A stretch of DNA of 64,000 bases from Planctomycetota bacterium (GTDB taxonomy: Bacteria; Planctomycetota; SZUA-567; H5-PLA8), in assembly GCA_038227875.1 (NCBI GenBank), contig JBBRPR010000022.1, positions 32,001 to 96,000 of the forward strand, in the 5' to 3' direction. The translations under genes were made by a program, and so were the position numbers. The notes beneath the pieces are model-generated. The model saw only the letters and a program-made list of their open reading frames with translations, did no database searches and was not told where the DNA came from. Shown in pieces: positions 1-9,778 of the stretch (position 1 is the first letter of the stretch; each line of letters opens with the position of its first letter).

Positions 1-210
1 GGCGGCCGCGTTATCGTCATCGCCAGCCACGACGACACAGAGATCGCCAGCAAGGTCGACGACGTGATCCGCATCCACGACGACCGCGGCATCATGAATT
101 CCATCGTCGCCACGATTCCGCTGCAACTGCTGGCGTACTACATTTCCGTCGCCCGCGGCTGTGACGTCGACAAGCCGAGGAACCTCGCCAAGAGCGTGAC
201 GGTGGAATAG
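1..210 (+). CDS. glmS: Glutamine-fructose-6-phosphate aminotransferase, C-terminal fragment (5' truncated by window)
   Basis: Frame 1 reads ...[31 protein letters not shown], the signature GlmS C-terminus; not in the ORF track. Confidence 0.97.
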   Translation, partial: GGRVIVIASHDDTEIASKVDDVIRIHDDRGIMNSIVATIPLQLLAYYISVARGCDVDKPRNLAKSVTVE

Positions 211-367
211 CAGCCGGACAGTGTTTCAGCCGACGTGACAGCGCGGTGCTATTTTTAGTCACGATATTGGTTATTAAGAATTTTTGAAGAAAGACGTGAC
301 TAGTTTGCGTCGAAATGTAAACTACTGTGTTTGCGCACCGGAGTTGGCGCGCGTTTCAAGGAGTCGT

Positions 368-1165
368 ATGGCAGGCACTGGGGTGACAGGCGCGGAGCGG
401 GAACGTTTGGAACCGCTAATCCGTCTGTCGAAAGTAACCAAAGAATACAACTCCGGAGCGAACCTCGTGAGAGCTGTTCGCCCCGCGTCGCTCACACTTG
501 AAGCTGGAGAATTTGTACTCCTTCAAGGTATGTCCGGCAGCGGCAAGACGACGCTGCTCTCCATTATGGGCTGTCTACTCAAACCGACCGCCGGCCAGAT
601 TTTCATCTGCGGCAAAGACGTCACGCGGATGAGCGAAGGACACCTCCCCGGACTGCGACTCAAGCACATCGGTTTCATCTTCCAGACCTTCAATCTCTTT
701 CCCGCCCTAACCGCGTTCCACAACGTCGCTCTCGCACTCAAGCTGAAAGGCTACGGCTGGGGCGAACGGCGCCGACAGTCCAAGCGCCTGCTCGAACGCG
801 TCGGGCTGTCCTCTTGCATGAACCGCAAGCCCGGCGAACTTTCCGGCGGCCAGCGCCAGCGCGTCTGCATCGCGCGAGCGCTCGCCGGCAACGTCGACTT
901 GATCCTCGCCGACGAACCGACCGCCGCGCTAGACACAACGACCGGTCTCTCGATCATGGAACTGCTGAAGGAAGAAGTTCACTCCGGCAACAAAGCCGCC
1001 TTCGTCGTCACGCACGATCCTCGATTGGAACGCTTCGCCACCCGCGTCGACCGCATCACCGACGGCATCCTGACGATGGGCGGTCCGGTCAAACCGCAAG
1101 CACAGTCCACCAGCACGGACTCGGGAGTCTTTCCGAATCCGACTCTGGAGCACGTGCCGGCGTGA
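368..1165 (+). CDS. ABC transporter ATP-binding protein (LolD/MacB/DevA-like)
   Basis: Walker A GMSGSGKTT, signature LSGGQRQR, Walker B LILADEPT, H-loop VTHD; ATG at 368 follows AAGGAG. Confidence 0.92.
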   Translation: MAGTGVTGAERERLEPLIRLSKVTKEYNSGANLVRAVRPASLTLEAGEFVLLQGMSGSGKTTLLSIMGCLLKPTAGQIFICGKDVTRMSEGHLPGLRLKHIGFIFQTFNLFPALTAFHNVALALKLKGYGWGERRRQSKRLLERVGLSSCMNRKPGELSGGQRQRVCIARALAGNVDLILADEPTAALDTTTGLSIMELLKEEVHSGNKAAFVVTHDPRLERFATRVDRITDGILTMGGPVKPQAQSTSTDSGVFPNPTLEHVPA

Positions 1166-1188
1166 TCGGGTAGTTTTGAATTTTGAAA

Positions 1189-1614
1189 TTAGTTTTGAGT
1201 TGCGGCTGTAGCTCGCGCAGCATTCCTAATTCGCCTGCGTAAGATGACTTCAGAAACCACGACTGTTCCCACCAGTATTCCCAACCACATTGAAACTTCT
1301 GTGGCGACGAAGACGAGCCATTCGTTGTAGTACCGTTGCTTTAACGGATACCATCTCAGGATCATCGTGTCCGTCACGTGAACTCTAAATAGCGTTTCCT
1401 GGTAGTCTTTTGACTTCCTGGAATTAATCACGACGCTGTTCATCGGCCAACCATACAATTCGCAAACACCATCACTTTCCGGTGGGCCATCATGAAGCGT
1501 TGTTGGAATGAGATTCAATCCGACGATGCCACCTGTCACGATCGTCAGCGCCACGACTGTGCTCAGGTGAATCTGAAACCAACGTCGCTTCTTCGCTGGA
1601 GCGGCGGTTTTCAT
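1189..1614 (-). CDS. Hypothetical two-TM membrane protein
   Basis: 141 aa; N-terminal RRWFQIHLSTVVAL then a hydrophobic helix, YGWP motif, second TM near the C-terminus; visibly AT-richer than its neighbours. Confidence 0.7.
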   Translation of the reverse strand: MKTAAPAKKRRWFQIHLSTVVALTIVTGGIVGLNLIPTTLHDGPPESDGVCELYGWPMNSVVINSRKSKDYQETLFRVHVTDTMILRWYPLKQRYYNEWLVFVATEVSMWLGILVGTVVVSEVILRRRIRNAARATAATQN

Positions 1615-1624
1615 TGGTGAGTTC

Positions 1625-2374
1625 TTAGAAGCCTCGGCCGCCTGGTCGGAAACCGCGCCGGGATCGCGGTGGGCCGAAGATTTCCAGCATCACAATCGCT
1701 TGCCGCGCGGCGTCGCGTTTGTCGGCGGGCGGAGCTGTGCGGATGGCTTGGAGCAGGTCGGGGATGGCGAAGACCTGCGCCTGAGCGGGCTGTTTCTTGG
1801 CCTGTGCGCGGATGGGCTTCACTTGCGCGGCCGGCGCTGACACGGGAATCGCCGCGATCACCGGCGGCGGCGCGGTCTGCAAGGGGCGCCGGCTTAAGTT
1901 CTCGGCCTGCCGGCGCTGCTTGGGGGTCTGTTGTTGCTGCTGTCGCTGCTGGGGCGTGGGGCCGGAGATCGATTCGAACGGCCGGTTCGGTTCTTCCGCG
2001 TTGACCGGGCGACCCACAACCGTACGGATCGTCGGCGTCGTGGATTCGGATTCCGTATCGAGCACCGTCCGGGTCGTTGGCGGCGGCTGCGTGGATTGGA
2101 TCGGCCGCGGCGGCGATGGACGCATCGTGCCGCCGCTCATGCCACTGCCGCCACCCCCGCCCTCGTCGCGTCGCTGCGCGGCCTGGCGCCGTGCCTCTTC
2201 CAGAATTTCTTCGAGCGTCTTGGGCGCACCGCCCGATTCGTCACCATACGTGTACGCGCCACGATCCTTCCGCAACGGCGGCTTGCGATTGAGTCTGGTC
2301 GTGTCGACCGTCTTCTCCGGATCCCCGAAGAAGGCTTTGAACAGCCATACGATCAACTCAATCAGAATTTCCAT
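1625..2374 (-). CDS. YqfB-like Pro/Gln-rich protein downstream of floA
   Basis: N-terminal hydrophobic anchor, disordered middle, C-terminal ARQAIVMLEIFGPPRS resembling the RQAI..SEILGPP tail of floA-associated proteins. Confidence 0.65.
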   Translation of the reverse strand: MEILIELIVWLFKAFFGDPEKTVDTTRLNRKPPLRKDRGAYTYGDESGGAPKTLEEILEEARRQAAQRRDEGGGGGSGMSGGTMRPSPPRPIQSTQPPPTTRTVLDTESESTTPTIRTVVGRPVNAEEPNRPFESISGPTPQQRQQQQQTPKQRRQAENLSRRPLQTAPPPVIAAIPVSAPAAQVKPIRAQAKKQPAQAQVFAIPDLLQAIRTAPPADKRDAARQAIVMLEIFGPPRSRRGFRPGGRGF

Positions 2375-2384
2375 GTCGACGGAT

Positions 2385-2416
2385 AGGACTGAGGTCTGAG
2401 GACTGAGGACTGAGGA
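2385..2416. repeat. Heptamer tandem repeat (AGGACTG)x4.5
   Basis: AGGACTG AGGTCTG AGGACTG AGGACTG AGGA. Confidence 0.85.
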
Positions 2417-2559
2417 TATCAGCCCGCGATCACCAGCTCACTCCCGTCTCCAAACCGTGCAGTGAAGTCCACGGAACGTATTCGTTATTAGCCATTCGTC
2501 GTTTGCTGTTCGGCGTTCGGATTTATCACTCATCAATCCTAGTTCATCCTTCCGAGAGA

Positions 2560-3585
2560 TCAACCGGACGACGCGCGCTGATTCTGCCCGCCGCCGCCGA
2601 TCTGCTCGCGCATATTGGTGTCGGCCTGGATGTTCTTCATGTTGTAGTAGTCCATCACGCCCATATTGCCGCTCTGCAGGGCGTGAGCCAGCGCGCGTGG
2701 CACTTCCGCTTCGGCCAGCACGACCTTGGCGCGATTTTCGACGACCATGGCGCTCATTTCCTGTTCCTGAGCGCGGGCCATCGCGGCGCGTTTTTCGGCT
2801 TCGGCTTGCGCCATGCGCTTGTCGGCTTCGGCCTGATCGGCGCGCAGTTTCGCGCCGATGTTCTGGCCGACGTCGACGTCGGCGATGTCGATAGAGATGA
2901 TTTCAAACGCGGTCTGTGCGTCGAGGCCCTTCTCCAGCACCGTCTTGGAAATGCGGTCGGGATTCTCGAGCACTTCCTTGTGCGAAGGCGACGAACCGAT
3001 CGCCGTCACGATGCCTTCGCCGACGCGCGCGATGATCGTCTCTTCCGTCGCGCCGCCAACCAGGCGGTCGATGTTGGTGCGTACCGTCACGCGGGCTTTG
3101 ACCATCAACTGAATGCCGTCCATCGCCACCGCGTCGATGGTCTGGCGGCCTTTCGCCGGGTCGGGGCAGTCGATGACCTTGGGATTCACGGAGGTGTTCA
3201 CCGCGTCGCGGATGTCGCGGCCGGCAAGGTCAATCGCGCAGGCGCGATCGAACGAGAGCTGAATGTCGGCCTTGTGCGATGCGATTAACGCTTGAACGAC
3301 CGGCACCACGTTTCCGCCGGCCAATGCGTGAGCTTCCAGGCGGTCGGAGGAGATGTCGATGCCGGCCTTTTTGGACATGATGCGCGCGCGGGTGATCATG
3401 CGCGGATCGACGCGGCGCAACTGCATCCCGATCAGATCGAAGATGCTGATTGGCGCGCCGGAAAGCAGCGCCTGAATCCACAAACTTCCAAACCGCCAGA
3501 GTACCGTGAAGACCACCAGCATGATAATGCCGGCGACAATCAGCAGCAGCAGCCACATGCCCGTTTCGTTATTGCCATTACCCAT
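2560..3585 (-). CDS. floA: Flotillin-like protein FloA (YqfA)
   Basis: [75 protein letters not shown]. Confidence 0.95.
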   Translation of the reverse strand: MGNGNNETGMWLLLLIVAGIIMLVVFTVLWRFGSLWIQALLSGAPISIFDLIGMQLRRVDPRMITRARIMSKKAGIDISSDRLEAHALAGGNVVPVVQALIASHKADIQLSFDRACAIDLAGRDIRDAVNTSVNPKVIDCPDPAKGRQTIDAVAMDGIQLMVKARVTVRTNIDRLVGGATEETIIARVGEGIVTAIGSSPSHKEVLENPDRISKTVLEKGLDAQTAFEIISIDIADVDVGQNIGAKLRADQAEADKRMAQAEAEKRAAMARAQEQEMSAMVVENRAKVVLAEAEVPRALAHALQSGNMGVMDYYNMKNIQADTNMREQIGGGGQNQRASSG

Positions 3586-3639
3586 GAACGTTCTCCGTAG
3601 TTACAGACACGCCCCATCGCACAAGAATTGGAAACTGCA

Positions 3640-4335
3640 TCAGAAATCGAAAAACTGGCCGGGCTTCAGGACCATGCATTTGTTGCCCTGCTTTTCAATT
3701 TTGAACGCGAACGTTTTCACATCGACCTTGATCAGATCAAATGTGTTGTAGTGCATCGGCACGCAGCGTTCCGCTTTCAGGAACTCGTTGGCGCGCGCGG
3801 CGTCTTCGACGCCCATTGTAAAGTTGTCGCCGACCGGCAGGCACGCCACGTCGATCTTGGTCTTCTCGGAAATCAGTGCCATGTCCGAAAACAGCGCCGT
3901 ATCGCCGGCATGATAGACCACTTTTTTGCCGAAGGTGATCAGGAATCCCACCGGCGTGTTCGGCGGCGGAGTGCTGTTGTCGGGCTGCAGGTCGCCTCCG
4001 CAGCCGTGGAAGGCCGGCGTCACTTTCACGCGGCCGAATGGAAAGTCATGCGCGCCGCCCGTCGACATCGGATGGACTGTGACGCCCTTCGGTTCCAGGT
4101 ACTGGCAGAGCTCCCACGTCGCGATGATCGTGGCTTTGTGGCGCTGCGCCAGCGGGACGGCATCGCCGAGATGATCGGTGTGGCCGTGCGTCACCAGGAT
4201 ATAATCGCACTTCTTGATCTCCGCGGACTTGATCGCCGCCAGCGGATTGCCTGTGAAGTAGGGGTCGATCAGGATGGAAAATTTCTGGTCGTGGATCTGA
4301 AATGCGCTGTGGCCGTAATACGTCAACGTCGGCAT
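3640..4335 (-). CDS. Metal-dependent hydrolase, metallo-beta-lactamase fold (UPF0173/YtkL-like)
   Basis: YGHSAF, THGHTDHLGD (HxHxDH), YHAGDT, LPVGDNFTM, PMHYNTF. Confidence 0.92.
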   Translation of the reverse strand: MPTLTYYGHSAFQIHDQKFSILIDPYFTGNPLAAIKSAEIKKCDYILVTHGHTDHLGDAVPLAQRHKATIIATWELCQYLEPKGVTVHPMSTGGAHDFPFGRVKVTPAFHGCGGDLQPDNSTPPPNTPVGFLITFGKKVVYHAGDTALFSDMALISEKTKIDVACLPVGDNFTMGVEDAARANEFLKAERCVPMHYNTFDLIKVDVKTFAFKIEKQGNKCMVLKPGQFFDF

Positions 4336-4473
4336 GTTCGTCTCCCTCTCATGCGGGCGACTGGCGAAATTCCTGTGAATTCGTCGTAACTGCCCCGATT
4401 ATTGACCCAGCGTCTGCACAATGCAATTAAAAGTGCATCATAGGTTGATATTCGGGAAGAATGCGTCAAACTG

Positions 4474-5061
4474 ATGATCATGTTGAAGTGGCTTATTCTC
4501 TTCGCTCTTGCTGTCGCCCTGGTCGATCCCTTTCTGCTTTACTACATCTATACGCAAGTGGGTGGATGGACGTGGGCGGTCTTTCTCGGTCCGATTTTCG
4601 TCGGCAATTTGCTCTCCAATCATCTCCGCATGAAAGCCGCCGCGGGCCAGGTCGATCCACTCAGCGCGATGGCCGAAGCGATGCTCGGCCCCATTGCCAA
4701 GATGATGCTGTGGTACCCCGGCCCGATTTCTTCGCTGTTCGGACTGCTGCTGCTCTTCCCCCCGACTCGAAAACTGGGCATCAAGATCGCCATGCGGCGA
4801 GCCATCTCGGCGTTCTCCGGGCCGAACGGAATGGCCGGCATGAACGGCATGAGCATGAATGGAATGGGGGGGATGAATGGATTCGGCGGACAAGTCAACA
4901 TGTGGAATGTTGGTGGCGCACCCAGTCAGAACAATCCGTTTCAAGGCATGAACGCCGGCGGATTCCGCAGTGCGCCCGTGCCACCCGGACAACTCAAGCG
5001 CACGGATGCCCGTGTGGTCGACGACGATGAACCACCTGTACGACCCCTGCTCCCCGAGTAA
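4474..5061 (+). CDS. FxsA-like membrane protein with low-complexity G/M/N tail
   Basis: Several hydrophobic segments and YPGPISSLFGLLLLFPPTR resembling the FxsA PGF.TD..GLLLL.P.TR motif. Confidence 0.6.
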   Translation: MIMLKWLILFALAVALVDPFLLYYIYTQVGGWTWAVFLGPIFVGNLLSNHLRMKAAAGQVDPLSAMAEAMLGPIAKMMLWYPGPISSLFGLLLLFPPTRKLGIKIAMRRAISAFSGPNGMAGMNGMSMNGMGGMNGFGGQVNMWNVGGAPSQNNPFQGMNAGGFRSAPVPPGQLKRTDARVVDDDEPPVRPLLPE

Positions 5062-5064
5062 TCG

Positions 5065-5922
5065 ATGCTGACACGTTCGTTTTTACACATTCCAAGCATT
5101 GGACCCCGGCGCGAGCGGTCCATTTGGAACGATGGCATATTGTCATGGACCGATATGTTGAAGGACCGCGACCTCTTCGACGACGGTCCGGCTCCCGCGA
5201 TCGAAACCGCACTCGTCACGTCCCGTCAGAAACTGGCTGATGGCGACGCGCATTGGTTTGAAGCCGCTCTGGGCGCATCGGAATCCTGGCGCCTGGCCGC
5301 GGATTTCGACGACGGCCGCATCGCCTATCTCGACATCGAAACCGATGGCGGCGACGCCACGCAATCCCGCGATGGCGAAGAGCCCGGCGGCACGACTGTC
5401 TGCGCTGTCTGGGACGGCATTGAAGCGCGCGTCTTCCTGCGCAACCGTGATCTCGACCAGCTTCCGCAGTACCTCGCGAAGTACAAAGTGCTCTGCACAT
5501 TTAACGGGAAGACTTTCGACATTCCGTATCTGGAAGGCCGCTTCGGGAAAGATTTCTTTCCCGGCGCGCATCTCGACCTGCGCCCGATCACCGCGCAAGT
5601 CGGGCTGACCGGCGGCTTGAAGAAAATTGAGAAGCAGATCGGCATCGAGCGCCCGGCGAACATCCGCCGCTACACCGGCTACGACGCCGTGAAACTCTGG
5701 GGCGCTTACCGCCGCGGCCGCAAAGACGCACTGGAACCGCTGGCGCGTTACAATCTCGCCGACGCAGTCAATCTGCAAGCCGTGCTGCGCGTTGGCTACA
5801 ACTGGGCCGTCGCTCAGGACGAACTGCCGTTCCGCCGCCTCGATCCCACGCCGGCCGATCAGGTGCTCGAAGGCACGGAGCGCGGGATCAAGGAACTGAT
5901 GAGCGGCGTGCTGCGTCGGTAA
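5065..5922 (+). CDS. RNase H-like (RNase_H_2/YprB-type) DEDD exonuclease
   Basis: YLDIETDG, TFNGKTFDIPYL, HLDL, GGLKKIE, YNLADA; N-terminal HhH-like IPSIGPRRE. Confidence 0.85.
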   Translation: MLTRSFLHIPSIGPRRERSIWNDGILSWTDMLKDRDLFDDGPAPAIETALVTSRQKLADGDAHWFEAALGASESWRLAADFDDGRIAYLDIETDGGDATQSRDGEEPGGTTVCAVWDGIEARVFLRNRDLDQLPQYLAKYKVLCTFNGKTFDIPYLEGRFGKDFFPGAHLDLRPITAQVGLTGGLKKIEKQIGIERPANIRRYTGYDAVKLWGAYRRGRKDALEPLARYNLADAVNLQAVLRVGYNWAVAQDELPFRRLDPTPADQVLEGTERGIKELMSGVLRR

Positions 5923-5925
5923 ACT

Positions 5926-8142
5926 TCACGCGATCGTGATCGCGCCCGTCACCATGTCCGCATCTACTTTCACGCCGTTGTACTGAATGCTCACGCGATT
6001 TCCGCTGCGTTTCAGGTCGGGGAGTTCGCCGTTGACGGCGATCACCGAAAGGAAACGTCCCGCCGAACCGCTCGGCACATCCCAGCGCATGTGGTACTGC
6101 GTCGGGAACGTGACGTGATTTTCCTTGGCCACGCCTTCGTTCAGATCGACGCCGAACTTGTCGGTCATGCTGTACGCCGGGCGCGTTTCCGGGTGGAGCA
6201 CCACCATCTTCAGCGACGCCGGCGCGCGCTCAATGGAAATCACGCCATCGTTATCCGTCGGCGCTGAGAGCGCATGCGCCAGCCACGAGAACGATGCGGG
6301 CTTCGGCGTCTCGATGGCATCGTGGACGAGCACCAGGCCCGGGCGGATGAACGCGAATTTGCGGATGTACTTCGTCGACTGCGGATACGCGGCGGTGATG
6401 TCGACGGTGCTCGTCGCAAAGCGAGCGGTGTTCTCGAACGCGGTGATCGCTCCCGTTGCGGTGTGTTTCCGCGACGGCTGGCCTTCTCCATTAATCAGCA
6501 CGCAGTTGTGCGCGACGGTGTGATTGGTCCAGTCGAAGTGGTGCTTCGTGCCGTAGGTGAAGCCGAAGTAGCCGGTGGGCGAGATCAGTCCTTTTCCGCG
6601 GCTCATGATCGCAAAGCCGCCCTGGTCGGCGAGACGATGGCTGCCGTTGCCATACTTCGACGCGCGCACGAGCAGCGCAGTGTCATCGTCGGGATGCTGA
6701 ATGTCACTGTGCATCGAAACGAATCCCGAATCGCGAAATGCGCGGGCGTTCTCGACCGGTCCGGCGGCGTTGGGCCGCTTGGGCGCGTGGGTCGGCGGGA
6801 ACTGGTCGAGCAGATGAAGCTTGAAAATCTCCGGTACGCCGCACGTCCGCGCGAACTGTCGGGCAAGGTCCGGGCCAAAGCGCTCAGCGTAGACGCCGAA
6901 CGGATCCTGCGCATAGAAGCCCGGCCATTCCTCCGAATCCGGCAGCGACCAGTAGCCGTCGCAGAACGGATGGATCTCCCAGCCGGGAGGACTGAAGTGG
7001 GTGAAGAATTGCGAGACGTTCCAGTAAAACGGACTGTCGAGAAAGCTGAAGTTCGTCAGCCGTTCCACCGCGAAGAAAAACGGCAGGTACCACTTGGTGT
7101 AGCTGGTCGCGTAGAACGTGCCTTCCGCCCACCCGCCATCGCGCGTGCCGTAGTGCGGGAAGAACGAGCCGTAGACATCGAGCGCGAACTGCAACCACGA
7201 CGCGGAATCGGCAGCGGGAACGTGACCGTGCAGCACCAGCGCGATGTTGCCGAGGTACGCGGGCATGCGTCCAGCATGCGACGATCCGGGATTGGAGTAG
7301 AAGTTCATCGTTTCCAAGTGGCGCTTGATCGCCGCGCCCATCGATGCGAGTGTGTCGCGGATGTAGCGGTGTTCCTGCGGGGTGTAGAGATCGTACGTCC
7401 AGTCGTAGACCAGCGGCATGTTGCGCGCGTGGCTCAAACCCATTTCATCGCCCCACGGGCCGTCGACAGAGCACGGACCATCGGGATTCCAGTCGCACAT
7501 TTCCAGCAGCGTGGCGCGCGCGAACTGTCCGGCTTTCTTATCGCCGAGCAGGATGTAGCCCATGGCGCAGGACATCAGGTTGCGGTCGACGTAGACGCGG
7601 TGCCGCCCGACACATTCGCGGTCATTGAGCGCACCGGAGATCATCATGTCGTTGCGGTGAAAGTGCGGGCGCTGCACAAAGCCGTCCTTGTACGCCTGCT
7701 CGATGTTCCGCTTGAGCGTGGGAATCTTGTGTGCGTGGCGTTCGACGATCTGCGGGATGTCATTGGGAAAATACATCACGCGCGGATGCGAATTGGGAAG
7801 CTTGCCCAGGATTTCTTCCGCGGTGGGAACGATGCGCGGCGTCGCGTCGGCGGTCACTGTGAACGACCACCAGCCGCGGCTGCGCTCGCCGGCGCGGACA
7901 TCCCAGCGGTACTTTCCCGGCGGCAGAATCTCGCGTGGCACGAAGATGTTGTTTGGCGAGGTCGCGTCGAGCACCGTTTCGCCGCGGTCGTTCTCCACCA
8001 GCACGCGGTATGCGGAGACACAGTCGACCGCCAGCCAGACTAGCGGCGGCGGCGAGATCGGCATCACCGCGCCGTCTTCGGGCGTCGGAAACAGCGCGGT
8101 GGGATTAATGCGATCCTGCGGCAATACGGTCGACGTGCTCAT
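5926..8142 (-). CDS. DUF4962/heparinase II/III-family polysaccharide lyase (oligo-alginate lyase-like)
   Basis: HPRVMY, SSHAGR, DGGWAEGTFY, SKYGNGSHRLADQGGF, HNCVLINGEGQ; ATG at 8142 with a GAAAGGGA RBS; no obvious signal peptide. Confidence 0.8.
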   Translation of the reverse strand: MSTSTVLPQDRINPTALFPTPEDGAVMPISPPPLVWLAVDCVSAYRVLVENDRGETVLDATSPNNIFVPREILPPGKYRWDVRAGERSRGWWSFTVTADATPRIVPTAEEILGKLPNSHPRVMYFPNDIPQIVERHAHKIPTLKRNIEQAYKDGFVQRPHFHRNDMMISGALNDRECVGRHRVYVDRNLMSCAMGYILLGDKKAGQFARATLLEMCDWNPDGPCSVDGPWGDEMGLSHARNMPLVYDWTYDLYTPQEHRYIRDTLASMGAAIKRHLETMNFYSNPGSSHAGRMPAYLGNIALVLHGHVPAADSASWLQFALDVYGSFFPHYGTRDGGWAEGTFYATSYTKWYLPFFFAVERLTNFSFLDSPFYWNVSQFFTHFSPPGWEIHPFCDGYWSLPDSEEWPGFYAQDPFGVYAERFGPDLARQFARTCGVPEIFKLHLLDQFPPTHAPKRPNAAGPVENARAFRDSGFVSMHSDIQHPDDDTALLVRASKYGNGSHRLADQGGFAIMSRGKGLISPTGYFGFTYGTKHHFDWTNHTVAHNCVLINGEGQPSRKHTATGAITAFENTARFATSTVDITAAYPQSTKYIRKFAFIRPGLVLVHDAIETPKPASFSWLAHALSAPTDNDGVISIERAPASLKMVVLHPETRPAYSMTDKFGVDLNEGVAKENHVTFPTQYHMRWDVPSGSAGRFLSVIAVNGELPDLKRSGNRVSIQYNGVKVDADMVTGAITIA

Positions 8143-8179
8143 CAACAGTTCCCTTTCAAGGAGTGCGTTTTTCAGAAGT

Positions 8180-8731
8180 TCAAGATTTGAACCAGATGTA
8201 TTCGCCAGTCTCCGCATCGATGCGGCCGATCTGTTTGGCGGGCGTGCCGGCCATGATCGCGTAGTCGGGAGTCGGCTTGGTGATCACCGAGTTGGCGCAG
8301 ATCAGGTTGCATTTGCCGATGTTCGAGCCGGAGGTCACGGTCACACCCGACGCCAGCCAGCTACCGTCGCCGATCACGATTCCGAGGTCGTCCTTGGCGC
8401 GGTCGACAGTAAAGTTCTGCAGCTTGGGGCTGAAGAGATGGTTGCCGCCGGCGATCGAGCAGTGCGGTCCGATCAGAACGTTTTCACCGATCTTGACGAT
8501 GCCGTTGACGTAGCAATGCAGGCCCACGTAGGAGTTCCGGCCAATGCCGCCGGGCGCGCGAATGCGGATCACCGCGCCGGGCGCAATGCGGACGTCCTCG
8601 TTTTTGAAGCCGAGGATCAACGCGCGATTGCGGTTGTCGATGGCGTTGTCGGAACGGCTGCTGTACATCGTGAATTTTTCGAACTCTTCACGCGACAAGC
8701 CGGTCTGGGTTTCCCACGCGTCCACTTTCAT
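8180..8731 (-). CDS. Hexapeptide-repeat (left-handed beta-helix) acyltransferase
   Basis: IGENVLIGPHCSIAGGNH, IVIGDGSWLASGVTV, ICANSVITK, MAGTPAKQIG. Confidence 0.88.
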   Translation of the reverse strand: MKVDAWETQTGLSREEFEKFTMYSSRSDNAIDNRNRALILGFKNEDVRIAPGAVIRIRAPGGIGRNSYVGLHCYVNGIVKIGENVLIGPHCSIAGGNHLFSPKLQNFTVDRAKDDLGIVIGDGSWLASGVTVTSGSNIGKCNLICANSVITKPTPDYAIMAGTPAKQIGRIDAETGEYIWFKS

Positions 8732-8814
8732 GCTTAAAACTCCTTCTGATGTTCCCGGCGCTTGCTTCTCCACTTGCGATGATTTATCAATACCCGCTAT
8801 CAAGAGGGGAAGAA

Positions 8815-9705
8815 ATGGCGAAACAGCCGCTCGATTTGTCAAAATCGCTGATTCCAGATCCGGAGCCGGATGCGGCTGGCGGGCTCCTGACAGGTGCTCA
8901 GGGCGTTCAGCCCCTCAGTTGCCTCTACCTTTACCACGGCGTCGTCTCGTTTTCGCAGCGGCGCGAAGTGCCGCTGCACACACATCCGTTCTGGCATCTC
9001 GATATCCAGATGTTCGGTACCGCGACGCTGCTGAGCCGCAGCGGCAGGCGGCCAATTGCACGCGGCGCCGTCTACTTCATTCCCGCCGACGTACCGCACG
9101 GATTTTCGTACCCGGGGCGCCGCTCGGAATTCTTAACGCTAAAAGTAGCCGTGATGGGCCGCGCCGGTGGCACAGAGGCGCTCTTCGCTAAGCCGACGCC
9201 GACCGTACTGGGACTCCGTCGTGCGCTGGTCGATGCCACGCCGCGCACCGGCACACCCAGTCGCGCACAGCAGACGACCATCGAGCTGCTGACGTCAGCG
9301 CTGATTTCCCACTGCTACCCGGAGGCCCCCGCCCCGCCCGTCCATTCCACGCCGCTGGTCGCAGGCATCAAAGAATTTGTCAGCCGCGCGCAGGGGCGCG
9401 TGCCGAGCGTCAAGCAGGTCGCGCGGCACATGGGCTATTCGATCAGCCACATCGCGGCTCGTTTTCGCGAGAGCGAAGGCGTGGCGCTGAAATCCTGGCT
9501 CGACACAGAACGTTGCCGGCACGCCAGCTGGCTGATGGTGTATTCAGATCAGAGCGTCGGCGAAGTAGCGGAAGCGCTGGAGTTCGGCGACATCTACTCG
9601 TTCTCGCGGTTTTTCAAACGGCTGAGCGGCGCAAGCCCCACCGAGTTCCGGGCGAACATGCTGAAAAAGCTGACGAGCGAACAGGGCAATCAAGGGCAGC
9701 CGTGA
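8815..9705 (+). CDS. AraC-family transcriptional regulator with cupin sensor domain
   Basis: PLHTHPFWHL cupin motif; C-terminal VAEALEFGDIYSFSRFFKRLSGASPTEFR. Confidence 0.92.
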   Translation: MAKQPLDLSKSLIPDPEPDAAGGLLTGAQGVQPLSCLYLYHGVVSFSQRREVPLHTHPFWHLDIQMFGTATLLSRSGRRPIARGAVYFIPADVPHGFSYPGRRSEFLTLKVAVMGRAGGTEALFAKPTPTVLGLRRALVDATPRTGTPSRAQQTTIELLTSALISHCYPEAPAPPVHSTPLVAGIKEFVSRAQGRVPSVKQVARHMGYSISHIAARFRESEGVALKSWLDTERCRHASWLMVYSDQSVGEVAEALEFGDIYSFSRFFKRLSGASPTEFRANMLKKLTSEQGNQGQP

Positions 9706-9778
9706 TATTTGCAGGTTGTCGCAAATTCAACGGCGCTTAAGCTCAAGCCTCGCGTTCACGATGAATTTGGAGAGACGC

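Noticed and set aside
181..367. Tn7 insertion at attTn7 downstream of glmS
   Set aside because: No tns genes, no series of TnsB-site repeats and no matching second end seen; downstream genes look chromosomal
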